This document shows, one piece after another, positions 27,889 through 62,887 of a stretch of 64,000 bases of DNA (positions are counted from its first letter, which is position 1; each line of letters opens with the position of its first letter). This DNA is from an uncultured virus (IMG/VR IMGVR_UViG_3300032046_000017). Its lineage: Duplodnaviria; Heunggongvirae; Uroviricota; Caudoviricetes. The notes beneath the pieces were generated by a model. That model made no database searches and was not told the origin of the DNA. It saw nothing but the letters and a program-made list of their open reading frames with translations. The stretch is from IMG/VR virus record IMGVR_UViG_3300032046_000017, one strand, 5' to 3'. Made by a program: the position numbers and the translations under genes.

Positions 27889-29910
27889 TCAGCTAAGAGT
27901 CATTTTGCAGACATAGAGCTGAGAATTGAAGGAAAAGTTAGTATTCATCCCCATGGCAGCAAAATATATTACGGTACTGCTGGAAATAGCCGCCTTTAGG
28001 AAGGGAGTGCTAGTGCCAGACGGCGTCCCTGTTTGCCAAAAGGTGTTTTGAATGGAGTTAGTCATTTTGTAGTCCACTAACTGGCGAAGGGAAGGCGTGG
28101 CAGTAACCTCATACAAAGTCCTGGAGTTGGTATTTGCCCCGGCCACATTAATCGTCATTTGCACAAATGTTCTACCGTTCAACGTAAAACTGCCACCGAA
28201 CAACACGCTCTGGTAACCACCGGAACTAGGAGTCAGCTGGTCAAATCTTTTGACTGTATCGGATGCCGTGGTGATATAGAACAACAGCGGCACCCTTTCG
28301 GCTGACGACATATTAAACAACAAAACGGAACCAGCAGCTTGCATCCCTGGTGTAAACGCGGTGTCTGTTCTGTTTTGATCACCAAAAGCTGGTGAAGCAA
28401 TGTTAGTAGCAGTGCCAGAGTCGTCAATTTTGAACATTTTAGGGCCTACCGTAGAAGTCGAATAAGTAGCCATAAAGTACAAACACGAATTAAACACAGC
28501 CCATGCGGAAATATTGTCATTAGTGGTAGCGTTCTCCATGCTGACAGCCGCTGACGGCACGTCGGAAGTGTTTATTCTATAAAGTTTGGTGACACTGTTA
28601 GTGTTTAGCGCTGAATAGTATAAGAAGTTGGTAGTAGCACCCCTGAAAACTATGTTATCGGATGAGGTAGCCAGGTTTCTGTGATCACCTATTTGTGTTA
28701 CTACATCAGCAGAAGTAATTTTGAACAACTTCATAACTGCGCTACTATTGTTTAGACCTATATAAATAGCGCCATTAAATAATATAGCATTTGGGCCAGC
28801 AGTATCACTACTGGCTTGGCTGCCAGTAGTGTTGGTAACTTGCGTAATGGTACCAGATCCATCCACTCTGAATACCTTGGTCCCACCTCCTGTTTTAACG
28901 CCGGTAAAATATAAGTTGTTGTTAAACTTTAGAATTCCATTACCAGAATTAAGTGAGGTTCCGAAAGAGCCATTTTGACTTTGTATTATAGGGTTTAAAG
29001 TATCACCTCCGGCGGCAAAATTGCTTACGGTGGTCCAAACTCCCGCCTCAGTCATGGAATATAACTTCTGAGCAAGAGACGCACCAATCGCTGTGAAAAA
29101 CACTACGTCGCCAATTGAGTCCCATAAAATTATGTTGTCATTAGCGTTGGTAGTGTTAGTCATTTGCTCTACTAGCTCAGTAGACTTATTCATCCTAAAT
29201 AACTTGAGATTATTGTTGCTTGTGGAGGTTTTCATTGGGCTAGCGAACCAAACATAGTTAGTTGTGTTCACCACAGTTATCGGACCCGCTGGGGTACCGG
29301 TTAGCATGCAAGTACGAGATACCCTCTTAAAACTTACCCCTCCCGAGGTAAATGGGATCTCGTTCGAATACCCTACCAGGGATGCATATGGTGCAGCTGG
29401 GGTGACTCTCACTCTCAGAACGTCGCCAGGTGAAAACAAAAGTGGGTCTAACCGGAATGAACCGTTAAGAGGCACGCTCGTACCAGCCCAAGTCGGAGAC
29501 CCAGTATCAGAATAAAGCACAGCGGTAGCACCAGAAGAAGACATTCCTGGTGAGAAAGACGTAGTGATCTTGAAGGAATAACCTATCATTGAGTGTATTC
29601 CGCAGGCTTCTGCGTATGTCTTAGCTGTGCCAGGGTCCTGAGTAGTGGAACCGAAAGTGCCAGTTTTTCCGGCACCGCCTGCGGCCACGTTTGTTCCGGC
29701 GGCTGGTGCAGATCCGGCACTAGCTGGCGAGACGCCAGTTCCGGAAGGAGAATTAGTAGAAATGGTGGCTGGTAGGACAGCCGAGTACCCTTCCGGTTGC
29801 GGCACAAAGACGGTAGACAGCGGAATAGAATATGCCTGCTTAGAGACGTGCGGGTTTAACACAATGGTAATCGTGGGAGCTTTGTATCGTAAGCTTGATT
29901 GCGTGACCAT
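27889..29910 (-). CDS. Beta-propeller-like repeat protein, paralog 3 (putative receptor-binding or fibre tip)
   Basis: Shared N-terminal domain of about 190 aa plus repeats of about 50 aa (F..........KL[FY][RK]......V.Q..N). Confidence 0.6.
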   Translation of the reverse strand: MVTQSSLRYKAPTITIVLNPHVSKQAYSIPLSTVFVPQPEGYSAVLPATISTNSPSGTGVSPASAGSAPAAGTNVAAGGAGKTGTFGSTTQDPGTAKTYAEACGIHSMIGYSFKITTSFSPGMSSSGATAVLYSDTGSPTWAGTSVPLNGSFRLDPLLFSPGDVLRVRVTPAAPYASLVGYSNEIPFTSGGVSFKRVSRTCMLTGTPAGPITVVNTTNYVWFASPMKTSTSNNNLKLFRMNKSTELVEQMTNTTNANDNIILWDSIGDVVFFTAIGASLAQKLYSMTEAGVWTTVSNFAAGGDTLNPIIQSQNGSFGTSLNSGNGILKFNNNLYFTGVKTGGGTKVFRVDGSGTITQVTNTTGSQASSDTAGPNAILFNGAIYIGLNNSSAVMKLFKITSADVVTQIGDHRNLATSSDNIVFRGATTNFLYYSALNTNSVTKLYRINTSDVPSAAVSMENATTNDNISAWAVFNSCLYFMATYSTSTVGPKMFKIDDSGTATNIASPAFGDQNRTDTAFTPGMQAAGSVLLFNMSSAERVPLLFYITTASDTVKRFDQLTPSSGGYQSVLFGGSFTLNGRTFVQMTINVAGANTNSRTLYEVTATPSLRQLVDYKMTNSIQNTFWQTGTPSGTSTPFLKAAISSSTVIYFAAMGMNTNFSFNSQLYVCKMTLS

Positions 29911-29927
29911 GGTCTCACCTTAATAAG

Positions 29928-31916
29928 TTATAGAGAAAGTTTAACAGGAAATGAGTGGCCATTGCTTGCCGCAAAAGGCAAATAGCATATGGAGCCAGTG
30001 GTATGGCCTGTGTATACCCACTGCGCCCCGTTAGTCCAGCTACACTGAGAGATGCATCTTAGGTTAAAAGTAGTTGGCAGTACCTCGTAGGTAGTAACTG
30101 ATGTGCTGGTGTTGCTGTTTTCTACCAGAGCCCATGTTCCCAAAAAGGTTCTGCCATTAGCAGTAAATGCACCTAACCCTGGCCCAGTACCGTTAAAACC
30201 AACAAATGGTAAATTATCATAGAGGTTAATTGCTACCACATTGGCTCTGGTTACTACGTCGGACGAAGTCACATAAAATAAGGTCATCATACCATCGGCG
30301 CCCCAATGGCCAAAAAATAAAGCATTTCCTGTGCTTTGGAGAATAAAGTTCCATACACTACTAACTTCGACGAGGCCATCTCTAAACAATGGGGACGCAA
30401 TGTTGGACACAGTTCCTGCATCGTCAACCTTATATATTTTATCGGTCGTGGTATTAATAGTCCTCCCAACGAAGTACAAACATTCATTAAAGGAAGCCAT
30501 CTGATGATTAGAGCCTGTACCATAGACGTCTGAAACCCCAGCGTTGTTGTTGAAATTAACAACCGCAGCAGGAGTATCAGAAGTATTTATCCTATACAAC
30601 TTGCTGAAACCACTGCTGTTCGCCGAAGTGTAATACAAAAAGTTAGTGGTGACTCGTTTTATAGAAGCGCCATCACTAGTAGCCGAGGCGTTTCTGGTGT
30701 CTCCGATTTGGGTTATGACGTCAGCCGTTGAGATCTTGCACAGCTTAGATATACCGGCGGCTCCCCTGGCAAGCGTTATATAAATAGCACCATTCCACAC
30801 TGCCGCTATTGAACCACTGGAATAGTCAGCAGTACCCTGCGAACCCGCAGTGTTTGACACCTGCGTAACCACGCCAGCGCTGCTAACTTTGAATATCTTA
30901 CGAACGGTGCTGGAATTATTAGCAGAATAATATAAAAAATTGTTAAAAACAATTGTGGAATTGTTCCTTAGGGCAAACGATGTATCTACCCATGGAATTG
31001 TGGCGGGAAGATCGCTAATTGTGGCATTGCCTGATGTGTTACCCGCCTGAGTGACTACCAATGCCTCAGTTACAAAATACAGTTTCGACACGCCAGATGA
31101 GTTGTTGGCGGTGAAGAAGACAACATCGCTGACAACTCCTAAAATATTTGCGCCATCAGATATGGTGTCGCCCCTTATATTGACTGCCTGAACCACCACC
31201 TCAGTGCTCTTGTCCATACGATACAACTTCTGTATACTGCTGCCACCAGGGAAATTGCTAACCCACCAAATGTAATTAGTAGTGCCCGTTACTGCTGAGC
31301 AAGTATTTTGGAAAGCATGGGTCTTACCAACCCTCTTTATTGCAGTGCTTACCGAAGTGAATGGTATTTCGTTTGAGTACCCTATCAGCGTTGCGCTAGG
31401 AGCAGCCGGAGTTACTTTCACTCTTACGACATCTCCATTGGTAAAAGTGGCTGGGTCAAGAGTAAAGAAGCCATTTAATGGCACACTCGTACCGGCCCAA
31501 GGCGGAGTACCAGAATCGGAGAAAAGTACTGCTGTGGCTCCGGTCGATGGCATTCCTGGGCAAAACGTAGTGGTAATCTTGAAGGTGAAACCAAGCTGGA
31601 TTGGTACCCCTGATTGCTGAGGCCAAACTCTTGCTGTTGTTGGGTCAAAGCTATTGGTTCCGAAAGAACCTGACGGCACTGCCCCACCAGACGTCACGTT
31701 GCTTCCTGCTGCTGGGGCAGACCCTCCTATCGCTGGGTCAGCAGTAGTTCCCGGTGCGCTAGTAGCAATAACACTAGGCAGGGAAGTGGTATTACCTTCT
31801 GGTTGCGTTATAAAATTAGTGGATATATCAGTAGAATAGTTTTGTTTACCTATCAGTGGGTCAAATGAAATAGTAACTATTGGAACCGTGCGTTTTAGAA
31901 CAGATAATGTTGCCAT
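29928..31916 (-). CDS. Beta-propeller-like repeat protein, paralog 2
   Basis: Same architecture; shares GATAVLFSDSG.P.WAGTSVPLNG.F.LDP. Confidence 0.6.
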   Translation of the reverse strand: MATLSVLKRTVPIVTISFDPLIGKQNYSTDISTNFITQPEGNTTSLPSVIATSAPGTTADPAIGGSAPAAGSNVTSGGAVPSGSFGTNSFDPTTARVWPQQSGVPIQLGFTFKITTTFCPGMPSTGATAVLFSDSGTPPWAGTSVPLNGFFTLDPATFTNGDVVRVKVTPAAPSATLIGYSNEIPFTSVSTAIKRVGKTHAFQNTCSAVTGTTNYIWWVSNFPGGSSIQKLYRMDKSTEVVVQAVNIRGDTISDGANILGVVSDVVFFTANNSSGVSKLYFVTEALVVTQAGNTSGNATISDLPATIPWVDTSFALRNNSTIVFNNFLYYSANNSSTVRKIFKVSSAGVVTQVSNTAGSQGTADYSSGSIAAVWNGAIYITLARGAAGISKLCKISTADVITQIGDTRNASATSDGASIKRVTTNFLYYTSANSSGFSKLYRINTSDTPAAVVNFNNNAGVSDVYGTGSNHQMASFNECLYFVGRTINTTTDKIYKVDDAGTVSNIASPLFRDGLVEVSSVWNFILQSTGNALFFGHWGADGMMTLFYVTSSDVVTRANVVAINLYDNLPFVGFNGTGPGLGAFTANGRTFLGTWALVENSNTSTSVTTYEVLPTTFNLRCISQCSWTNGAQWVYTGHTTGSICYLPFAASNGHSFPVKLSL

Positions 31917-31930
31917 CTAATATCCCTCCA

Positions 31931-33862
31931 TCAGGAAACAGTCATTTTTGCTACACCTAAATAGGAAATACCACCAAATACCGAATACACAGTGTTTCCA
32001 ACAACAGCAGCATTAACACCATTGGTAGCCGCTAGTAGACCTGTGTTAATAAGCTGTCTCAGCCGAAACGTAGTTGGCAATACTTCAAATAAAGCTCTTG
32101 CGCCAGTGTCAATCATAGAAACCATTTGCACAAAAGTTCTACTATTAAGCACAAACGATGTATCAAACGAGAGAAAGCTATAACTGCTATATGGGAAAGT
32201 TTGATCAGCTCGCGTGATAACATCAGATGATGTAATGTAGTATAACATAGTCCCCTCCGCATGCCCCATAAGTAGTAGCAAAATACTGCCAGCCGCCTGC
32301 ATAAGGGCGTTGTTATCAATGGTAAACGCAGTGCTATTGGATTTTACGAATGGGGCTCCTATGTTTGATATTGTTCCGGCATCGTCTACCTTATATAGCT
32401 TGGCCAAGTTGGTAGTGCTATCAGTTGAGGCAAAGAAATAGTAACTACCGTTAAATATTGCCTGTCCGTTGGCCACTGAGTTATAGCTATCACTAGTGGC
32501 CTGATTACCAGTCATGTTCACTACCATTGCTGGCACATCTGAGGTGTTAACTCTGAACAGCTTCAGCACACCATTAAGGTTATTTGCCGTATAGTACATG
32601 AAGTTGGCATTAGCCCGCCTCAGTGTGATATTGTCAGTTGTAACAGATGAATTTCGATGATCACCTATTTGGGTCACAACGTCGGCTGTTGTGATCTTAA
32701 ACAACTTAGTGACGGCTGAGGCATTATTTTGGACAGAGAAAATAGCACCGTTAAATACTATTACTTGAGTGGTGGAGAAGTCTGCGGTCGTCTGATTACC
32801 AGTAGTGTTAGTAACTTGGACTATCGTTCCCGACCCATTCACTCTAAACATCTTAGCAACACCGTTAGCATTATTAGCTTGAAAGTAAATGTTGTTATTT
32901 AATGTCAGGCTCCCATTGTTGCTAAGTATGGTGTCCCTATTGTGAATCGGCAGGATCTGGGCTATGTTGTCTGAGGATGCGACATTATTTCGTGTATTGC
33001 TTAGGAGGGTAATGACAAGAGCCTCAGTGACACTATACAGCTTTAATACACCACCGCCCACGTCGCCCCTGAAGAACACCACATCGCCAATAGCCCCCAA
33101 TAATATTATTTGGTCGTTCGTAGTGTCGCCCAATAGATTTACTGCCTGAGCCGGAGTCTCAGTAGCTTTGTCCATTCTATATAACTTCTGGTTTGTCCCA
33201 CTAGTATGCACCCAATACACATAGTTAGTAGTTGATACCACGCCGCCAGAGTCGCCAGAGATAGGCCTGTGTTTCCTGGCGAAAGAAACATTTGGGTTAA
33301 GAAACGAAACTTCGTTTGAATACCCTATCAATGCAGCATTAGGCGCAGCGGGAGTGACCTTAACCCTGACAATATCGCCAACTGTCAGCACTTTGGGATC
33401 TAAACGAAAGGACCCGTTAAGGGGTACTGATGTTCCGGCCCACGTTGGCGACCCGCTGTCAGAGAACAAAACTGCGGTAGCTCCAGAGGAAGACATTCCT
33501 GGCGAAAACGATGTGGATATAAGGAACTGGTACCCTACATAGGTGCTGACTGCAGCGTTATCTGCATAAGTTCTTTTGGTTAGTGGGTCAAAACTACTGG
33601 AACCAAACGTGGCAGAGGGAGTGGTACCACCAGCAGCTACGTTGGTACCAGCTGCTGGGGCGGATCCGGCTAAGGCTGGTACGGCTGCGGAGTTAGTAAC
33701 GCTGCTAACACCAAGCAAAGGAGGAAGGTTGGTAATATTTTGCTCCGGCTGTACCACAAAACTTGATGAGACCGGGACTGTGCTTGAATTCCTACTATGA
33801 TGCGGAATAAGCTCTATTTTCACTACGGGAGGCTTATACTTTAATACTGACAAATTTGTCAT
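31931..33862 (-). CDS. Beta-propeller-like repeat protein, paralog 1
   Basis: Same architecture and shared motifs. Confidence 0.6.
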   Translation of the reverse strand: MTNLSVLKYKPPVVKIELIPHHSRNSSTVPVSSSFVVQPEQNITNLPPLLGVSSVTNSAAVPALAGSAPAAGTNVAAGGTTPSATFGSSSFDPLTKRTYADNAAVSTYVGYQFLISTSFSPGMSSSGATAVLFSDSGSPTWAGTSVPLNGSFRLDPKVLTVGDIVRVKVTPAAPNAALIGYSNEVSFLNPNVSFARKHRPISGDSGGVVSTTNYVYWVHTSGTNQKLYRMDKATETPAQAVNLLGDTTNDQIILLGAIGDVVFFRGDVGGGVLKLYSVTEALVITLLSNTRNNVASSDNIAQILPIHNRDTILSNNGSLTLNNNIYFQANNANGVAKMFRVNGSGTIVQVTNTTGNQTTADFSTTQVIVFNGAIFSVQNNASAVTKLFKITTADVVTQIGDHRNSSVTTDNITLRRANANFMYYTANNLNGVLKLFRVNTSDVPAMVVNMTGNQATSDSYNSVANGQAIFNGSYYFFASTDSTTNLAKLYKVDDAGTISNIGAPFVKSNSTAFTIDNNALMQAAGSILLLLMGHAEGTMLYYITSSDVITRADQTFPYSSYSFLSFDTSFVLNSRTFVQMVSMIDTGARALFEVLPTTFRLRQLINTGLLAATNGVNAAVVGNTVYSVFGGISYLGVAKMTVS

Positions 33863-33890
33863 TTCTTACCACCTAATGTGAAACACTCAA

Positions 33891-33918
33891 AGGGCAGATA
33901 GGACTACCCAACTGCCCT
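33891..33918 (-). terminator. Intergenic stem-loop (weak terminator or mRNA-stabilising hairpin)
   Basis: Minus-strand RNA AGGGCAG-U-UGGG-UAGU-CCUA-U-CUGCCCU with only a short U tail. Confidence 0.4.
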
Positions 33919-33929
33919 ATAGACTACGA

Positions 33930-36569
33930 TTAAGTGAAATAGACGTTCCAGCCAACAGTGCTGCCGACAAAAACAAATTCTAGCCTGGAATAGATTGTAT
34001 CAGCCACAAAGTCCGTAGCGGACGACACAATAAGCTGGCCATTTCTGGCTACTGTTAGATTATTTGTTGCCCAAGTGTTAAGCATATCATAAATATAAAC
34101 CACGTGACCAACCGATGGAGAAGCTGGCAGAGTGATGGTAAACGCACCACCGCTGGTGTTAGCCAGCAGAACGTCAGCAGTCGACGCTGTGTAGTTGGCA
34201 GTCTTAGCCGTGTATGCCGCACTAGCAGTAAGACCAGTTTGGCCTTGAACACCTGTGGGGGCAAAACCAGTCGCGCCCTGGGAACCGGTTGTGCCCTGGA
34301 CACCAGTAGCGCCTCTCAGTCCTGTGTTTCCTAGGTTACCTTGGCTGCCCTGGAAACCCGTTTCGCCTTGGACGCCAGTAGCTCCGGCTACGCCTTGGAC
34401 ACCAGTAGTGCCTCGTAAGCCTGTGACGCCTTGGACACCAGCAAGGCCAGTAACACCTTGGACTCCGGCAACACCGGCAGCACCAGTATCGCCTTGGACA
34501 CTCGCACCAGTTGTTCCTTGGATACCGGCACCAGTTGTTCCTTGGATGCCAGTCTCACCCTGGACACCTGTGGCTCCGGCAACGCCGGTAATGCCTCGTA
34601 GTCCAGTAGCACCTTGCGCTCCAGCAATACCAGTAACACCTTGGACTCCGGCAGAACCGGCAGCACCAGTATCGCCTTGGACACCAGCAACACCGGTAAT
34701 GCCTCTCAGACCAGTAGCTCCTTGGACTCCAGTAGTTCCGTCAACGCCGGTCTCCCCAGCAACACCAGTATCGCCTTGGACACCAGCAAGGCCAGTGGCT
34801 CCGCGAAGACCAGTTGCGCCCTGCGCACCAGCCAGACCAGTAGCACCTTGCACACCTGTCTCACCTGCTACGCCAGTCTCACCTGCTACGCCAGTCTCGC
34901 CTTGGACGCCGGTAGAACCAGCAGAACCAGCAACACCAGTGGAACCAGCAACACCAGTGGAACCAGAAACGCCGGTGGAACCAGCAACACCTGTAACACC
35001 TTGTGTACCAACAAGACCAGTAGAGCCAGCAACACCTGTGTAACCTTGCGGTCCAACCGATATAACTGGTGTGTGAACATGCGAGGTTCTAGAATTGCCG
35101 TCCAAGTAGAATGTGACATTTACTGTTGTTGCGTTAGTAGTAACAGCATAAAGCTTTATCACTAATCTATCAGTCAGGGCCAAATCAAACTGCAATGCAC
35201 TATAAGAAAAGTTCACATTAGCTGGCGTAGTACCAATCAGTTCGGCACTAGTTGGCCCAAGTAATAATGTCTCAGTACCGCCAGAAGCTCTTTTATATAC
35301 TTTGCCAATTATTTGGGTAACACCGGCTGCGTCATCTTGCTGAGCCCACAAGTTAAAATCATAAACACCGTTTATGATAGTCTCAGTATTAGGGTCACCA
35401 ACAGGAGAAGCAAAAGCTTTTGCTAGCACCTCGCCTGTGCCAGAATCAACAGCAGCAGAGACAGTGGCCTCGGCATCACCAGTTACGTCACGAGTCATGG
35501 CGAAGTAACCACTAATATCAGAAGATGTCTGGTGCAGGACATAAACCGCACCAGCCAGTGGACCAACTAATCCAGTCTGGCCTTGCGTACCTTGCGTGCC
35601 AGTGGCTCCGGCAACGCCAGTAGAACCTTGTACACCAGTGGCACCATTACCGGTCTCGCCTTGGACGCCAGTGGTGCCAGCAACACCAGTAAAACCTTGG
35701 ACACCAGTGTCCCCATGGACGCCAGTGACTCCTTGGAGGCCAGTGGTCCCTTTTACACCAGTAGTGCCATCAACTCCGGTAACGCCGTCTACGCCAGTGG
35801 TACCATCCACGCCAGTGGCGCCTTGAGTACCTGCGGTGCCCTGGACGCCTGTGACTCCTCTTAGCCCTGTGGCTCCCTGAACACCAGTCTGTCCATCAAT
35901 GCCAGTTTCGCCCTGGACCCCAGTGGTCCCGCGCAGGCCGGTAGCTCCTTGGACACCAGTAGCGCCATCAACACCAGTCTCGCCTTGGACACCAGTCTGA
36001 CCATCAACTCCGGTCTCGCCTTGGACCCCAGTGGTCCCGCGCAGGCCGGTAGCTCCTTGGACACCAGTGGCGCCATTTACGCCAGCCAGACCAGTGACTC
36101 CCTGAGTTCCATTGTTACCAGCCACACCCGTGGTGCCGGTCAACCCTGTAGAACCTTGGACACCAGTTTGGCCATCAACTCCGGTAGCTCCCTGAACTCC
36201 GGTCTCTCCCTGAACTCCGGTCTCTCCCTGAACTCCGGTCTGCCCCCGGACCCCTGTTTGGCCAGTAAGCCCGGTGGCGCCTTGGACACCAGTTTCGCCT
36301 TGGACTCCGGTTTCACCTTGGACGCCAGTAGTACCCTGAGGACCAGATAGGCCAGTGGCACCGATCAGGCCAGTAACGCCCTGAACCCCGGTTACACCTT
36401 GCACCCCAGTAGCTCCTACTTCCACATTTACCCAAGCTCCATTTTGCCTAAACCGAAATTTAGCCAGGGTGGAGTCATAATAAACATCGCCGTCTACTGG
36501 ACTGCTCGGAGGAGACGCCAAAGACTCGACGTGATATCCATTGCCTAAGACCAAGAAGTTAGTTGCCAT
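33930..36569 (-). CDS. Collagen-like fibre protein, 879 aa, with an internal globular domain
   Basis: N-terminal GDVYYDS...W motif; two Gly-X-Y tracts; internal 170-aa domain shared with the 6791-aa protein; C-terminal TITLPASP.VG...NNLTVARNG phage fibre domain. Confidence 0.88.
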   Translation of the reverse strand: MATNFLVLGNGYHVESLASPPSSPVDGDVYYDSTLAKFRFRQNGAWVNVEVGATGVQGVTGVQGVTGLIGATGLSGPQGTTGVQGETGVQGETGVQGATGLTGQTGVRGQTGVQGETGVQGETGVQGATGVDGQTGVQGSTGLTGTTGVAGNNGTQGVTGLAGVNGATGVQGATGLRGTTGVQGETGVDGQTGVQGETGVDGATGVQGATGLRGTTGVQGETGIDGQTGVQGATGLRGVTGVQGTAGTQGATGVDGTTGVDGVTGVDGTTGVKGTTGLQGVTGVHGDTGVQGFTGVAGTTGVQGETGNGATGVQGSTGVAGATGTQGTQGQTGLVGPLAGAVYVLHQTSSDISGYFAMTRDVTGDAEATVSAAVDSGTGEVLAKAFASPVGDPNTETIINGVYDFNLWAQQDDAAGVTQIIGKVYKRASGGTETLLLGPTSAELIGTTPANVNFSYSALQFDLALTDRLVIKLYAVTTNATTVNVTFYLDGNSRTSHVHTPVISVGPQGYTGVAGSTGLVGTQGVTGVAGSTGVSGSTGVAGSTGVAGSAGSTGVQGETGVAGETGVAGETGVQGATGLAGAQGATGLRGATGLAGVQGDTGVAGETGVDGTTGVQGATGLRGITGVAGVQGDTGAAGSAGVQGVTGIAGAQGATGLRGITGVAGATGVQGETGIQGTTGAGIQGTTGASVQGDTGAAGVAGVQGVTGLAGVQGVTGLRGTTGVQGVAGATGVQGETGFQGSQGNLGNTGLRGATGVQGTTGSQGATGFAPTGVQGQTGLTASAAYTAKTANYTASTADVLLANTSGGAFTITLPASPSVGHVVYIYDMLNTWATNNLTVARNGQLIVSSATDFVADTIYSRLEFVFVGSTVGWNVYFT

Positions 36570-36614
36570 TATGTAAGCCCTTTCTTTTCTTAATTATTTG
36601 GTGGCGACAGCAGG

Positions 36615-36637
36615 AGGGAGGCCACTGTGGCCTCCCT
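36615..36637. other. Strong intergenic hairpin directly after the giant collagen gene
   Basis: AGGGAGGCCA-CTG-TGGCCTCCCT, a perfect 10-bp stem with no U tract on the coding strand. Confidence 0.65.
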
Positions 36638-36646
36638 AGAATTTAA

Positions 36647-57022
<20,376 letters not shown>

Positions 57023-57069
57023 GTCATTTCTCCAATTAGTATTATTTCTGTTTCATTCTTAATATGCGT

Positions 57070-61230
<4,161 letters not shown>

Positions 61231-61365
61231 ATCGTATTACTCCGTTAATGCTGCATAGGAGGGATCGCACATGCGTTTGTTCAAATCTAAGACTGGTACA
61301 AACCAAAAAAATAAAATGCACAAATTATAAAACACACTAAATAATTGCATTTGGCAGGAGAAAAC

Positions 61366-61635
61366 ATGAACAAAAAAGTATTGAGTGCCGCTAAATATCT
61401 CAGAGTGCCGTACCGCCTCGTACCCGAGTTTGTTAACGTGGCCAACGGTGAAAAACTAACCAACGAATTGTATGCGATTTTGTTCAAGGCGCTGGCTGCT
61501 GAGATGCCATATGAAGTAGCTAAGGCAAGAAAGGCCGACCCTTACGTATGGATAGAAGCTTGGGTTAAAAACTTAAGAGAACAACCCAAAGTTAGTTTGA
61601 TGCAAAGACAACTAACCTGCCAGAGTAATACTTAG
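61366..61635 (+). CDS. Hypothetical protein, 89 aa
   Basis: ATG at 61366 with AGGAG SD. Confidence 0.6.
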   Translation: MNKKVLSAAKYLRVPYRLVPEFVNVANGEKLTNELYAILFKALAAEMPYEVAKARKADPYVWIEAWVKNLREQPKVSLMQRQLTCQSNT

Positions 61636-61642
61636 GAGTGTT

Positions 61643-62134
61643 ATGAACCGCTTGTGTGTACTTTTGATATATGCTAGTGTTACTGGGTGCATAGTGACGC
61701 ATGCACCTGAGCCAGCTGACAACCCGTTTATAAAAGCAGACATTTATGAACCGGCTATGCCATTCGAACCAGTGATTAATGAGCCAGTTGTTGCTACGCC
61801 AAATTGTTTACCTGTTACGACTAATTCCACCACGCTGTGCAAGGCTATGTTTAAGACAGTCTATGCAGCCGCCGAAATGGTGGCCGACAGCTTAGGTTGT
61901 ATTGACATGGCGGCAGTGGCGGCAGATGTCGGTCAGGCGTTAGCTAAGCTAGATTTTTGTGACGTGAAAAAGAGGGGCTTGCTTGGGTTGCCAGTGTGCT
62001 ATACTCTGACCAATTACGCAGCCGAGTTTGCTGTTAAAAGACTGCCAGCCTCTTGGCAATGTTCTGGTGGGTATGTCACAGTATACGCCAAAAAGCAGAT
62101 GTTGGATGCCTGCCGCATTGCTTTTCCATATTAA
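61643..62134 (+). CDS. Putative Cys-rich lipoprotein
   Basis: Lipobox VTGC; several further Cys residues; AGGAG SD. Confidence 0.65.
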   Translation: MNRLCVLLIYASVTGCIVTHAPEPADNPFIKADIYEPAMPFEPVINEPVVATPNCLPVTTNSTTLCKAMFKTVYAAAEMVADSLGCIDMAAVAADVGQALAKLDFCDVKKRGLLGLPVCYTLTNYAAEFAVKRLPASWQCSGGYVTVYAKKQMLDACRIAFPY

Positions 62135-62156
62135 TATCGACCGGGAGTGCTCAGGC

Positions 62157-62471
62157 ATGGCAGACACAAAGAAGAATATGACATCATTAGTATTGACTTT
62201 TTGGCTAGTAGTCTTGTCTACGTCGTCTATCTTCGTTGCCGTTAAGTTCAAAGATGTCAGGGCTGAAAAGGTTACACTTGAGCATACCAAACAGGAGCTT
62301 GACGCAAGAAAACAGGAACTCGATGAATGGGAGGCAGACCTAACAGCAAGAGAAGAAGAATGGCGACATGGATTAGATCTTAAGGGAAGTGATGGAATAC
62401 CACCACCGGTAGAGGACGACTCATCCAAAAAACGGCACCCAAGAAAGATAGAGATACCGCCTTCACAATAA
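62157..62471 (+). CDS. Membrane-anchored coiled-coil protein
   Basis: GGGAG SD; TM segment LVLTFWLVVLSTSSIFVAV followed by a heptad-rich helix. Confidence 0.6.
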   Translation: MADTKKNMTSLVLTFWLVVLSTSSIFVAVKFKDVRAEKVTLEHTKQELDARKQELDEWEADLTAREEEWRHGLDLKGSDGIPPPVEDDSSKKRHPRKIEIPPSQ

Positions 62472-62477
62472 ACCAAC

Positions 62478-62846
62478 CTAATTTGCTACCAGTTCAAATA
62501 CGTCTGGTTCAACAAACAGCTCGTAAACATCTTCTGATATTCTTCTTATTTTCCTAACTTTCCATTCCTTGGCGGCAATTGTGCCGTCAAAGTAGTGATG
62601 TTTGGCATTGATGTCAACCTTAACTGCTGGCAATAAATACTTACCAGACGTTAACGTCATTAATTCTTTCGTATCAATATCTTCTATGGAACTATCAATG
62701 TCGACAATAAGCGCAGTTATTTCTACACCGAGTTTTGCGGGTATGTGCTCCTCATCTCTTGTTAGCTGTTGCTCACGGTCATACCACGCTTCTCCATATC
62801 CTGATACTTCTATAGACTGAACAAAATCTGCAATGTCATAAGCCAT
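62478..62846 (-). CDS. Hypothetical acidic protein
   Basis: AGGTG SD before ATG 62846. Confidence 0.6.
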   Translation of the reverse strand: MAYDIADFVQSIEVSGYGEAWYDREQQLTRDEEHIPAKLGVEITALIVDIDSSIEDIDTKELMTLTSGKYLLPAVKVDINAKHHYFDGTIAAKEWKVRKIRRISEDVYELFVEPDVFELVAN

Positions 62847-62887
62847 AAAAACACCTTTCATAACAACTTATTTGATTGAGGGCACCA

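Noticed and set aside
61643..62471. Spanin pair (lipoprotein plus TM coiled-coil protein)
   Set aside because: Gene order is reversed relative to typical i-spanin/o-spanin pairs and there is no adjacent endolysin or holin, so the evidence is too weak
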